This document shows positions 1-9,067 of a stretch of DNA of 64,000 bases, in pieces; the stretch's first letter is position 1; each line of letters opens with the position of its first letter. The notes below the pieces were generated by a model. It was not told the DNA's origin and did no database searches. It saw nothing but the letters and a program-made list of their open reading frames with translations. Source of the stretch: Candidatus Saccharimonadales bacterium (GTDB taxonomy: Bacteria; Patescibacteriota; Saccharimonadia; Saccharimonadales; EFPC-124); assembly GCA_035280845.1 (NCBI GenBank), contig DATEFB010000002.1:61183-125182 (forward strand). The letters run 5' to 3'. A program made the translations under genes and the position numbers.

Positions 1-1093
1 TGCATTCATCTTCGCTCATACCAACAGAGGCAACTTCGGGGTTAATAAAGATACAGCGTGGAATGGCACGGTAGTCGGCGGCAACCTTTTGCTTGTGCCA
101 CATGTTGTGGGCGGCTAAGCGGCTTTGGTAAATAGCGGTATGCGTAAACTGGTACGGCCCGGCGACGTCTCCTGCTGCATAAATGTGCTTGGCTGAGGTT
201 TGCATATGCTCGTTTACGGTAACCGCCTTTGGTGTGTAGTCGACGCCGGCGTTTTCGAGGCCGATGTCTACATTTGCCAGCTTGCCGGTGGCAATCAGGA
301 TCTCATCGACTTTCACCGACTTCATTTCGCGTCCCTGCTGGTAATAGACGCGCTTGGCCAGGCCTTCTTTGGCAACCCGCATGACTTTGGTGTTCATGAG
401 TACGGCAACGCCGCGTTTTTCTTCGAATATCTGGCGGGCGAGCTCACCGACTTCCTGGTCTTCTTTCATGAGTAAGCGTGGGGTAATGTCGGCCAGGTAT
501 ATTTTTGTGCCGAAGGTACTGAACAATTCGGTAAATTCGCAACCAATAGCACCGGCCCCAACCACGAACATCGATTTTGGCGGGCGGGTCAGGTCGACGA
601 CTTCGCGGGCAGTCACGTAGCCAGCTTGCTCCAGGCCCTCGATGGGCGGAATGAATGTGTGCGACCCTGTTGCAATGAGGAAATGTTCTGAGCTAAAGTG
701 GCGGCGGTTGACGGTAATTTCGTGGGGCGAAATAAAGTGCGCTTCGCCAGAAATAACCGTAATGCCCTCGGCCTCGAACATCTTTTTGCCCTGGTAGGTG
801 CCTGTCCGGTGCACTGCTAAGTCTTTCCAGGCTTTGATTGATGGGTAGTTATAACCGAGCGTCGCGCCACGAATGCCAAACTGCTGGCCGTGGCGCGCTT
901 CGTCGTAAATGCCTGCGGCGTGCAGCAGGGCCTTGGTCGGAATGCAGCCCCAGTTCGGGCATTCGCCGCCCATGGTGTCGTTCTCGACAACGGCCACGCG
1001 CTTGCCCAGGTTGGTGCTAATGTGCGCGGCAACACTGCCGCCACCGCCACTGCCGAGCACAATCAAATCGTAGTCATATTTTTGTCGAGCCAT
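1..1093 (-). CDS. Class I pyridine nucleotide-disulfide oxidoreductase (dihydrolipoyl dehydrogenase / glutathione reductase-like); the 3' end runs off the window
   Basis: Absent from the ORF track because there is no in-window stop. My minus-strand translation from the ATG at 1093 gives MARQKYDYDLIVLGSGGGGSVAAH (GxGxxG FAD fold), followed by GGECPNWGCIPTKA (CxxxxC redox-active disulfide). Confidence 0.8.
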   Translation of the reverse strand, partial: MARQKYDYDLIVLGSGGGGSVAAHISTNLGKRVAVVENDTMGGECPNWGCIPTKALLHAAGIYDEARHGQQFGIRGATLGYNYPSIKAWKDLAVHRTGTYQGKKMFEAEGITVISGEAHFISPHEITVNRRHFSSEHFLIATGSHTFIPPIEGLEQAGYVTAREVVDLTRPPKSMFVVGAGAIGCEFTELFSTFGTKIYLADITPRLLMKEDQEVGELARQIFEEKRGVAVLMNTKVMRVAKEGLAKRVYYQQGREMKSVKVDEILIATGKLANVDIGLENAGVDYTPKAVTVNEHMQTSAKHIYAAGDVAGPYQFTHTAIYQSRLAAHNMWHKQKVAADYRAIPRCIFINPEVASVGMSEDEC

Positions 1094-1106
1094 AACCAAT
1101 ATCCTT

Positions 1107-1391
1107 CTAAGCCATTATACGATGATGCAAATACATGTATGCAGCATCGGGGTTATAAATTTTAAAGTGTTCGTGGGTGTGAGTGCGGATATCGAGCGAG
1201 GTAATCTCGTGTTTGCTGTTGAGCCAAGGCGCTATGTCCTGGCAGATCTTAGCCGCGGTCAGTTCAGCCTCTCCGACAGGGGTGCGTACCGACAGGCATG
1301 AAGCGAATATACTGGCGTAGAGCTTGCGTTCATCGTAGGGTTCGGAATGGCCAGGTGATCGTTTCACAATATTTGTCGGCTGTTTAACCAA
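1107..1391 (-). CDS. ATP-cone domain-like small protein
   Basis: 94-aa ORF. The N-terminus IVKRSPGHSEPYDERKLYASI resembles the ATP-cone pattern (V.KRDG..E.F...K). It overlaps the upstream gene by 8 nt. Confidence 0.45.
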   Translation of the reverse strand: MVKQPTNIVKRSPGHSEPYDERKLYASIFASCLSVRTPVGEAELTAAKICQDIAPWLNSKHEITSLDIRTHTHEHFKIYNPDAAYMYLHHRIMA

Positions 1392-2088
1392 AGTTTATAA
1401 CTCCGTTGGCGATCAGGATTAAAATCCAGCCCAGCGCTATTAACAGGAGGCCCATGCCCAGGCGCATTGCGCCCTTGCTTTCTTCTTTCCATTTTTGCAC
1501 CGAACTGATCTTGGCACCGCCGGCAACCATTGCCAGGATGATGATAAGCGGTGCAACGAATATGAGGTTGTACAGCACCATCAGGCCAAAGGCGGTCATG
1601 TCGAAGTTAATGCGCAGCACGGTGATAATCGCCAGGTATGGCGCACCAGTACACGGCAGTTCCACTGCAGCCACAAAGGCACCCAGCAGCATAACGCCCA
1701 CGACAGTGGTTTTGCTGGTCGACATTTCCTGGATCTTCATGGCGAAGTAGTGCGGAATCTGCAGGCTGAAGCCCTTGCCGTACCAGAAGTAGTCTTTAAT
1801 CTCGAGCATACCGGCCAGGATTACCAGGATACCAACGGCGATCGACAGGTATTCAGCGATCAGGATCGGGATTTCGGACAGGAAGTAGATGAGCCCAAGT
1901 CCGGCAATCAGGTACGTGAAGAAGATCGCGCCAATATACGCACTGCCAAGCAGTAGCAGGCGCCCGATTGATTTGCCGCCGCCCAGCACCACCGACACCA
2001 TCAAGATCAGCACACCAATGGCACAGGGGTTAATCGAGTCAATCGCGGCCGAGGTGACCACCAAACCCAGAGTAGGTAAGTCTAACAT
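1384..2088 (-). CDS. CcdA/DsbD-family thiol-disulfide transfer membrane protein
   Basis: 234-aa polytopic membrane ORF with Cys motifs inside TM helices (SINPCAIG and ELPCTGAPY), typical of the DsbD transmembrane family. Confidence 0.7.
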   Translation of the reverse strand: MLDLPTLGLVVTSAAIDSINPCAIGVLILMVSVVLGGGKSIGRLLLLGSAYIGAIFFTYLIAGLGLIYFLSEIPILIAEYLSIAVGILVILAGMLEIKDYFWYGKGFSLQIPHYFAMKIQEMSTSKTTVVGVMLLGAFVAAVELPCTGAPYLAIITVLRINFDMTAFGLMVLYNLIFVAPLIIILAMVAGGAKISSVQKWKEESKGAMRLGMGLLLIALGWILILIANGVINFG

Positions 2089-2987
2089 TATTGGACCTCC
2101 GTATTTTCACAGATTTTGCGGCCATCGCCAGTCACGCCAAACTTGTCGCACTTGTCTTTGTCGCGCACACCGTACTGCTTGCACAATTTGTCGGTGCGGT
2201 CTTTAAGCGGAGCGAATTCCATAACGATGCAGTCGCCTGGAGGCGTGTCGCTGGCGTGCGATATAGAGTAGTCGGCGGGGTTGTCGAGTTTGGTCTGTTT
2301 GTAAGTCTTGTTGGCACGGTCAAACTTATATACGAATGTTTGGACCTCGGCTTTTTGGTCGCCACAGTATTCGCCGCTGATAAACTTAGCGACTTTACCC
2401 TTCGCATCAGTTTTAATGTAGGGCTGGATTTGTTCTGGAGCCTGGGCGCCAGAGCCGTCACCGTCTTCCTCGCCTGCGCCGTTTTCGTATAGTTGGTCGT
2501 TGTCGTTCAGGGGCACAATGAGGGTGTCATTGGTAACTTGCCCGCCGATGACATTCATAAACTTGCCAAGGCTGGCGTCCTGGGCGGTAATGGGTACGCC
2601 TTCGAGGTGGATGCGCTTGTCGTTGTGTTCGTGCAGGGTGGCGGTGCCGATTTTGTTGCTTAAGAAGCCGGTCGGGTCACGCATTTCGAGCTCGTTACCA
2701 CAGGCCCAAATCTCGGTGTCAGCGTGCCAATGCACAGGGCCGCCCACATACGAGTTCAGGTTCAGGTAGATTGTGCCGCCCGTAATAATGGCAGTCGTGC
2801 TCAGAACCGTAATAAGAATGCCCAAAAACAGCGGCAGTTTAAGTTTCGGTTTCTTTTTTACGAACAGTACCGATAACGCCACCAGCACAATAAGTGCCAC
2901 TGTTGCTATAAGGACAGTGTTCGTCGATAACGAATTAACCGTCATCTCGAGGTCGTCTGATGCGAAGTATGAGAGTGTCATGCTCAC
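2088..2987 (-). CDS. Membrane-anchored hypothetical protein with a Cys-rich C-terminus
   Basis: 299-aa ORF overlapping the downstream CcdA-like gene by 1 nt. It has one N-terminal TM helix, an HWHAD...LHEHND His-rich segment, and C-terminal cysteines (CKQYG..KCDKFG..KICE). Confidence 0.6.
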   Translation of the reverse strand: MSMTLSYFASDDLEMTVNSLSTNTVLIATVALIVLVALSVLFVKKKPKLKLPLFLGILITVLSTTAIITGGTIYLNLNSYVGGPVHWHADTEIWACGNELEMRDPTGFLSNKIGTATLHEHNDKRIHLEGVPITAQDASLGKFMNVIGGQVTNDTLIVPLNDNDQLYENGAGEEDGDGSGAQAPEQIQPYIKTDAKGKVAKFISGEYCGDQKAEVQTFVYKFDRANKTYKQTKLDNPADYSISHASDTPPGDCIVMEFAPLKDRTDKLCKQYGVRDKDKCDKFGVTGDGRKICENTEVQ

Positions 2988-3061
2988 GTTTTTAGTCCTA
3001 ATTGATTTGTGTTTTTTAATCGCTTACGCTTACTATAGGATATAGCAGATTTAGGCACCAT

Positions 3062-5776
3062 ATGTCAAAAACCAACACCATATATACTCAAACAAATCAG
3101 GCCATAGCGGCCGCTTTTGGCGTCAAGCCAGAGGTAGGACTCAGCGACACCGAAGTTAAAAAAAGATTAGCCCAATATGGGCCAAACCAGCTGCCCAGCG
3201 GTAAAAAGGTATCGCCGTTGGCGCTGTTTTTATCGCAGTTTAAGGATGTGCTGATTATTGTACTGATCGTCGCAGCCACTGTGTCGCTTGGCGTCAGCTT
3301 TTTAGAGCATGAGGGCTCGCCAACAGAGGCGCTCCTTATCTATGCAATTGTCGTCGCCATTGCCGTGGTCGGCTTTTTAAACGAATACAAAGCCGAAAAG
3401 ACTGTCGAGGCGCTCAAGAAATTAATGTCCAGCAGTACCCGGGTGCGGCGCGGCGGCAAAATTATAGAGGTTCCCAGCACCGAGATAGTCCCGGGCGACA
3501 TTGTTATTCTGGACGAAGGTAAGAAAATCCCCGCCGACATCCGCCTGACGGCTGCCAACCGCCTAAAGGTGAACGAGGCCAGCCTGACCGGCGAATCGCT
3601 GCCCGTGACAAAACAGACCTTTGTATTAAAGGGCGAGCTCGCCCTCGGCGACCAGACCAACATGCTATTTAGCGGCACAATTGTTACCACCGGTACGGCC
3701 GAGGGTGTTGTTGTTGCTACGGGCGCTGGCACCGAGATTGGCAACATCGCCAAGATGGTCAGCGAAGTCGAAGAAGAAGAGACGCCAATGCAGCGCAAGC
3801 TCGATGACTTAGGCAAAAAGCTCGGGCTGATTATTCTGGGGATCTGCGCCATCGTTTTTGTGATTATTCTGTTCCTCGACCATGAACTTGACCAAGTAGA
3901 TATGACCCAGAAGGTGTTGCTGGCATTTACTGCCGCTGTGGCGTTGGCAGTGGCCGCTATACCCGAAGGTTTGGCATTTGTGGTACGTATTAGCTTGGCG
4001 TTGGGCGCGCGTCGCATGGCGGCTAAGAATGCCCTTGTACGCAAGCTTTCGGCTGTAGAGTCGCTCGGTTCGACCGACGTCGTGTGCTCAGACAAAACAG
4101 GCACCTTAACCAAGGGCGAAATGACTGTCCGCAAATTGTTTGTGGGCGGCGCACTCTACGAATTAACAGGTTCAGGGTACGAAACCGTCGGCGAGGTGAC
4201 GCTTAAGGGGAAGGCCGTCAACATTAATGATGACCTGAAGCGCCTGGCGCAGATCGGCGTGCTTTGCAATAACGCCACGCTTAGTAATGGTCAGGTGTTG
4301 GGCGACCCAACAGAGGGTTGCCTGATTGTTTCGGCGGCTAAAATCGGCCAGGAACGTGATGGTGTGGACGAACAGTACCCGCGCCTCGACGAGATCCCAT
4401 TCAACTCTGACCGCAAAATGATGACTACCTTGCACAAAGCTGGCCCTGAGTTTTTGGTAGCTGCCAAAGGTGCACCCGACGTGCTGCTTGACCACTGTAG
4501 CCAGGTGCTTATCGATGGCAAAACGATTCCGCTCGATGCCAAGCTCAAAGAAGTTATTGCGCAGCAGAATGTGGAGCTTGCTGGCCAGGCACTCCGGGTG
4601 CTGGGTTTTGCATTTAAGGTATTCAAAACCAAGCCGACCGAAGAAGCCATGGAGCAAGACCTGGTGTTTGTTGGCTTACAGGGCATGATGGACCCGCCGC
4701 GCCTCGAGGTAAAAGAGGTGATCCAACGCGTCACCACCGAAGCTGGTATGCGCGTCATTATGATTACTGGCGATAACATCGAGACCGCTAAAGCTGTTGC
4801 CCGCGAGATTGGCATTACTGGCGAGGCGATTACCGGCCAGGAGCTCGAAGCCATGAGCGACGAAGAGCTTATTGAGCGCGCGGAAAAGATCAACATTTAT
4901 GCCCGAGTGAACCCTGAGCACAAGATCAGGATTGTGCAGGCGCTCAAACACCACGGCCACCAGGTTGCCATGACTGGCGACGGTGTAAACGACGCTCCGG
5001 CCATTAAAGCCGCCGACATTGGCATTGCCATGGGCATTACAGGCACAGACGCTGCCAAAGAGGCAAGCGACATGATTCTGCTCGACGACAAGTTCACCAC
5101 CATTATTAAGGCGGTCGAAGAGGGCCGTGGCATCTTCGATAACGTCCGTAAGTTCGTGAACTTTTTGCTGAGCTGTAACATTGCCGAAGTTATTACTGTG
5201 CTGTTTGGTATTCTGTTGCACGGTAACCTGGTGCTGACGGCCGCACAGTTATTGTTCATTAACATTGTCACCGACGGCTTGCCCGCAATCGCCCTGGGGT
5301 CAGACCCGGCCAGCAAAGATGTCATGAAGTTTAAGCCGCACCATTACCAACAGGCAATTATTAACAAGCGTGTGTGGTTCGAGATCTTTATTTACGGCTT
5401 CATTATGAGCGTCGCCCTGCTTGCCCACTACGCCTTCGTGAAAGAGACGTCGGGTCTGGTTATGGCGTCATCTGTTATGTTCATGGGCATGGTGGTGTAC
5501 GAATTCGCCCGCCTGATCGACATTCGCAGTGACTACAAGATGAAATTCTGGAGCAACAAGCTGCTTATGGGCAGCCTGGTGGTTTCGTTGCTTATTCAGG
5601 TCTCCATCTTGTACGTACCGTTCCTAGCCAATACGTTTAACGTCACGCCAATCAGTGGCATAGATTGGCTGATCATTGCTGGCGCATCTCTTGTGTTGTT
5701 TGCTATTATGAAAATGTTAAACCCGTTGCTCGACCGTATAGGCCCGGAATACGCCGGCCCCGAACCGAGCAAGTAG
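3062..5776 (+). CDS. Cation-transporting P-type ATPase, type II (Ca2+-ATPase-like)
   Basis: 904 aa with the CSDKTGTLT phosphorylation site, MITGDN and TGDGVNDAPA hinge motifs, a PEGL motif in TM4, and about 10 TM segments. Confidence 0.95.
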   Translation: MSKTNTIYTQTNQAIAAAFGVKPEVGLSDTEVKKRLAQYGPNQLPSGKKVSPLALFLSQFKDVLIIVLIVAATVSLGVSFLEHEGSPTEALLIYAIVVAIAVVGFLNEYKAEKTVEALKKLMSSSTRVRRGGKIIEVPSTEIVPGDIVILDEGKKIPADIRLTAANRLKVNEASLTGESLPVTKQTFVLKGELALGDQTNMLFSGTIVTTGTAEGVVVATGAGTEIGNIAKMVSEVEEEETPMQRKLDDLGKKLGLIILGICAIVFVIILFLDHELDQVDMTQKVLLAFTAAVALAVAAIPEGLAFVVRISLALGARRMAAKNALVRKLSAVESLGSTDVVCSDKTGTLTKGEMTVRKLFVGGALYELTGSGYETVGEVTLKGKAVNINDDLKRLAQIGVLCNNATLSNGQVLGDPTEGCLIVSAAKIGQERDGVDEQYPRLDEIPFNSDRKMMTTLHKAGPEFLVAAKGAPDVLLDHCSQVLIDGKTIPLDAKLKEVIAQQNVELAGQALRVLGFAFKVFKTKPTEEAMEQDLVFVGLQGMMDPPRLEVKEVIQRVTTEAGMRVIMITGDNIETAKAVAREIGITGEAITGQELEAMSDEELIERAEKINIYARVNPEHKIRIVQALKHHGHQVAMTGDGVNDAPAIKAADIGIAMGITGTDAAKEASDMILLDDKFTTIIKAVEEGRGIFDNVRKFVNFLLSCNIAEVITVLFGILLHGNLVLTAAQLLFINIVTDGLPAIALGSDPASKDVMKFKPHHYQQAIINKRVWFEIFIYGFIMSVALLAHYAFVKETSGLVMASSVMFMGMVVYEFARLIDIRSDYKMKFWSNKLLMGSLVVSLLIQVSILYVPFLANTFNVTPISGIDWLIIAGASLVLFAIMKMLNPLLDRIGPEYAGPEPSK

Positions 5777-5798
5777 TAACACAAAAAGAAAGGATGCC

Positions 5799-5903
5799 AT
5801 GGCTGCAACAAAGAAAGCTAAAGGTGGCGATGACGCCGCCGACGTGCTAAAGAAGATGAAGCAAAAACAGGCCGAAAACCCTGACAGTTGTCCATTCTGT
5901 TAA
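5799..5903 (+). CDS. Possible 34-aa small protein (MAATKKAKGGDDAADVLKKMKQKQAENPDSCPFC)
   Basis: Found by hand and too short for the ORF track. It has an AAAGGA Shine-Dalgarno sequence 5-6 nt upstream, lies 22 nt after the ATPase stop, and is followed by the shared terminator. Confidence 0.25.
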   Translation: MAATKKAKGGDDAADVLKKMKQKQAENPDSCPFC

Positions 5904-5935
5904 TTGGACCGAGAAGCAAAAAAACAACCAAGCCT

Positions 5936-5970
5936 AAAAATAACCACCGATCTCTCGGTGGTTATTTTTT
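5936..5970. terminator. Bidirectional rho-independent terminator
   Basis: AAAAATAACCACCGA-TCTC-TCGGTGGTTATTTTTT: a perfect stem flanked by an A-run and a T-run, placed between convergent genes. Confidence 0.85.
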
Positions 5971-5983
5971 GTAGGAGTGCTAC

Positions 5984-6511
5984 CTATTTGTTAGCGTTGT
6001 CCTTGATGGCCTGAACGACCTTACCGTCATCTTTAATGTTCTCCCAGAACAGAACCTGGTCGCGGTTTACGAGCATGGTGTCTTCTGGACCGTGCAACTC
6101 ACTACCCAACTTGGCTAAGCTAACCTGAGGACTGTTGTTCTGCTGGTTCTGTTGTGCTGGCTGAACAGTCTGCTGGACCTGCAGGTAGTAAATATCAGAC
6201 AACTTTACGTATTTGTCGTCGACGTTGCTGATCTTACCAAAGTACACCTGTCCGTTTGTCAGGAAGAGCGCCTGGTACTGATTACCCTTTACGAAGCCGC
6301 TTGCGCCGCCAGCCATTTGCTTCCAACCCCAGAAGGCCAGGAAGGCAACGACTAAGATGGCGACAACAACAAGTGCTGCCATGATCATTTTTTTGTTGTT
6401 GCTGTTATCGAGGCTCATGTTACCACCACCATTCCCAGCAAAACGAGGCGCTGCGGTAGTGCCGCCGTTGTTTGCAGGTGCGTTATTTGTTTGACCGCCT
6501 TTGAACTCCAT
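5984..6511 (-). CDS. Hypothetical membrane-anchored protein
   Basis: 175-aa ORF with a Gly/Asn-rich N-terminus, one TM helix (MIMAALVVVAILVVAFLAFWGW) and a Gln-rich linker. Confidence 0.65.
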   Translation of the reverse strand: MEFKGGQTNNAPANNGGTTAAPRFAGNGGGNMSLDNSNNKKMIMAALVVVAILVVAFLAFWGWKQMAGGASGFVKGNQYQALFLTNGQVYFGKISNVDDKYVKLSDIYYLQVQQTVQPAQQNQQNNSPQVSLAKLGSELHGPEDTMLVNRDQVLFWENIKDDGKVVQAIKDNANK

Positions 6512-6639
6512 AGTAAGTTTCTACTCCCCATATACAACTTATGCTAAATTCTAGTCTATCGAACTCTGCAGTATGCCGCAACCCTTATGCGCCCCTGTTC
6601 AGACTTATTATTATTTGGTACAATAACAAACCGAAACAT

Positions 6640-6716
6640 GGCAGCGTAGCTCAGTCGGTTAGAGCGTGGGACTCATAAGCCCAAGGTCACTGGTTCAATT
6701 CCAGTCGCTGCTACCA
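6640..6716 (+). tRNA. tRNA-Met (anticodon CAU), elongator type, with encoded CCA
   Basis: Hand-folded cloverleaf: acceptor GGCAGCG/CGCTGCT, D arm GCTC-AGTCGGTTA-GAGC, anticodon loop CTCATAA, T arm ACTGG-TTCAATT-CCAGT, then ACCA. The C11:G24 pair and the paired 1:72 position argue against an initiator. A lysidine-modified tRNA-Ile2 cannot be excluded. Confidence 0.9.
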
Positions 6717-6721
6717 AGAAA

Positions 6722-6750
6722 AGGCGATCACTTCGGTGGTCGCCTTTTCT
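6722..6750. terminator. Hairpin terminator after the tRNA, shared with the convergent flavodoxin gene
   Basis: AGGCGATCAC-TTCG-GTGGTCGCCT followed by TTTTCTT, with an A-run on the other side. Confidence 0.7.
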
Positions 6751-6762
6751 TGGTAAGATGCC

Positions 6763-7242
6763 CTAGCTATAGTGTTGGGCCACATCCTTCGCCCAAAACT
6801 CAGCCCTTTTAAGCTCGCCCTGTTTGAGGGGGCCGGTTTTGTCTTGGACAATAAAACCTTCTGGAGGCACCACCAACGTACCATGTTTGCTTTGTAGCAA
6901 TTTGGCGATCGGATTGGCTGCAAAGCCTATGAATCGCATGAGCTTGCGTAGCCAGAAACCGTGGTTAGCAGGCTCGAAACGTGTATCGAAGGCGGCTACA
7001 CGAATACCACCCAAGACGTTGGTGGGTAAGTTGGCTAAATAGTGCTGCAGGGCAACAGTGGGCCTTCCGGCCTGGGTGGGCGAGCCTACTATGATGAGGT
7101 CTGACGTAATGATATCGGTGATGTGCGTATCTTTCAGTGGCAGGACATCCACCTGGTATATAGACGGCATAGCCTTGGCCATGGCCTGTGCTACCTTTTC
7201 GGTGTTGCCATAGGTGGAGTCGTAAAGAATGAGTGCTTTCAT
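6763..7242 (-). CDS. Flavodoxin-family protein
   Basis: 159 aa. The N-terminus MKALILYDSTYGNTEKVAQAMA is the flavodoxin FMN phosphate-binding loop. Confidence 0.85.
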   Translation of the reverse strand: MKALILYDSTYGNTEKVAQAMAKAMPSIYQVDVLPLKDTHITDIITSDLIIVGSPTQAGRPTVALQHYLANLPTNVLGGIRVAAFDTRFEPANHGFWLRKLMRFIGFAANPIAKLLQSKHGTLVVPPEGFIVQDKTGPLKQGELKRAEFWAKDVAQHYS

Positions 7243-7302
7243 GATAAGTCCTTTGGAGAGCTACCTCGCGGTGGGTGGCGAGGTAGCTCTGATGTTGTGC
7301 AT

Positions 7303-7671
7303 TTATGCATGGTCGTGTGTAGCATGAGTCGTTGACCTCATGTGACTGAGAACAGAGATGACCCAGAAGACAACAGTGCTCAACGCTAACATGGTGATGA
7401 ATTCCGAGCTGGCAGTCAGCAGTCCGGCCAAAGTTAGCCCAGTCATTATGACACCTAGCAGGCTGGCTATGGCCGACCAGAGCGTGTCGTGCGATTCATC
7501 CATGATGAACCCAAAGACGAATTCGACGACTGATAGCACACTAATCCCCAGTAATACCCAGCGGACATCGGTGATAAGAGGGATTTCAAAGCCGTTGAAG
7601 TGCGCTTGCGCCAGTCCGACCGTTCCTGCTGCCGCAAGAGTTGTGACTCCATCCTTCCAAGTGATACGCAT
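7303..7671 (-). CDS. Hypothetical 4-TM membrane protein
   Basis: 122-aa hydrophobic ORF with no recognisable motif. Confidence 0.55.
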   Translation of the reverse strand: MRITWKDGVTTLAAAGTVGLAQAHFNGFEIPLITDVRWVLLGISVLSVVEFVFGFIMDESHDTLWSAIASLLGVIMTGLTLAGLLTASSEFITMLALSTVVFWVISVLSHMRSTTHATHDHA

Positions 7672-7767
7672 AACTCTTTCCTCCTTACTGTTTTCACTAT
7701 ACTTTTTACTGGCAAGTAGTGCATTGATCTGGGTCGGCGGTTGTTTGTGATGAGGCGCAAGGTCGGG

Positions 7768-8274
7768 TCACTTAGCTGGCGTATCGTGCAGGCGGCGCTG
7801 CTCGATGTAGGTGCACAGTCGGCTAGCCTGCTCGGGCGGGACTCTGCCCACGATAAAATCACCTAGTTGGGTCTGCAGGATAACGCCAGTGCCTGTGCTG
7901 CTTGCGACGCAACTAATGCCGTGAACTAGGTCGTAGGTAAGTTCGCGCGACTGTACTGACTGCAGGCGATGTTCGATAATCATGATCCGTTGGTTGGTGG
8001 CTGCTAGCAATGTGTGGTTGCCATCATGATGGCCACGAATAAGGGCCTTGATGTGTTCGTTGGCATGCAGTGCGAGCGCAAGATAACGGCCTTCTGGCTG
8101 CATCTGTGCAAAACTTTTTAGGCCGGCGGCACGCAGCCTATTTATGGCGCGTTGTCTTTGCTGTCGGGGGCTCGTCTGCGAATAATGTCTGACCGCCGTA
8201 ATCGGAGCCAGCGCCTCGAACCCCGCACGCCCGTAGGTTATAAATGGCAAATGTGATGAGCGTAGCATAATCAC
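7768..8274 (-). CDS. Hypothetical protein (possibly a bacterial PH-like fold)
   Basis: 168-aa ORF. The function is not recognisable from the sequence. Confidence 0.5.
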   Translation of the reverse strand: MIMLRSSHLPFITYGRAGFEALAPITAVRHYSQTSPRQQRQRAINRLRAAGLKSFAQMQPEGRYLALALHANEHIKALIRGHHDGNHTLLAATNQRIMIIEHRLQSVQSRELTYDLVHGISCVASSTGTGVILQTQLGDFIVGRVPPEQASRLCTYIEQRRLHDTPAK

Positions 8275-8340
8275 CTCCTACCTACAGCTTAAATAAGTGT
8301 GGGTAGCGACGCAGTGATTTGTGTCACGTGAGTGCCGTGA

Positions 8341-8988
8341 CTATGTGTCGAGGCCGAGTTTTTGCTCGAGTTTTGTTATGTCCGGAACGTGGATACCCTG
8401 ATGGCCCAGGCTCACCAGCCCCTCGCTTTTTATTTTACCCATCTCGCGGCTGACTGTTTCCCGCGTGAGGCCTGACCTGGCAGCAATATCGACTTCGCTT
8501 ATGGTGAGCGTGTAGCTGTTGGCCGCACCTTGCTTACCGAAGCGCCGGCATTCTACGAGGAGTTCGTACATAAGGCGGCTTTTTGCAGTGCCGGCCATAA
8601 GTTGGACCATGCGCCCCAAAAGGCCATCAACACCCATATAAAGTCTGCGCAGCAGGTCGAGCGTTACATCGGGATTCGCCTCTAGGAAGGCTAGTGCTTG
8701 CTTTGGGGGTATGGCGTGCACGGTAGTTTTCGATTCGGTCCTAAAAAGATAACGATTGGGGGTGTGGGTGAGTACCGCCGCCATAGGGAAGAATGCTGGC
8801 GGTTTGTAAATATTCACTGCGATCTCATCGCCGCGATAAGACACGTCGTATTGCCTGACCTTTCCTTCGGTGACGTAGAGAATATAGTCTGGTTCCTGGT
8901 TTGCGAAAATAAGGATTTGCCCCTTATCGTATGAGCGTTTGGGGAATGTGGAGAAATATTCGTGTATTTTATCGCTAACATGTGACAT
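8341..8988 (-). CDS. Crp/Fnr-family transcriptional regulator
   Basis: 215 aa with an N-terminal cNMP-binding-like beta-roll and a C-terminal HTH (SGLTRETVSREMGKIKSEGLV). Confidence 0.85.
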   Translation of the reverse strand: MSHVSDKIHEYFSTFPKRSYDKGQILIFANQEPDYILYVTEGKVRQYDVSYRGDEIAVNIYKPPAFFPMAAVLTHTPNRYLFRTESKTTVHAIPPKQALAFLEANPDVTLDLLRRLYMGVDGLLGRMVQLMAGTAKSRLMYELLVECRRFGKQGAANSYTLTISEVDIAARSGLTRETVSREMGKIKSEGLVSLGHQGIHVPDITKLEQKLGLDT

Positions 8989-9067
8989 GGGCTCATTTCT
9001 GACTATAGGCTGTTATGCGCGAGGGGACAATACCTGATATGTCCGCTCGTCCAGGCAGCCTTGTTCG

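Noticed and set aside
6640-6716. The tRNA-CAU considered as an initiator tRNA-fMet.
   Set aside because: Positions 1:72 are paired (G:U) rather than showing the C:A mismatch, and the D stem has C11:G24, which is elongator-type. Overall similarity is to elongator tRNA-Met. tRNA-Ile2 with lysidine remains possible.
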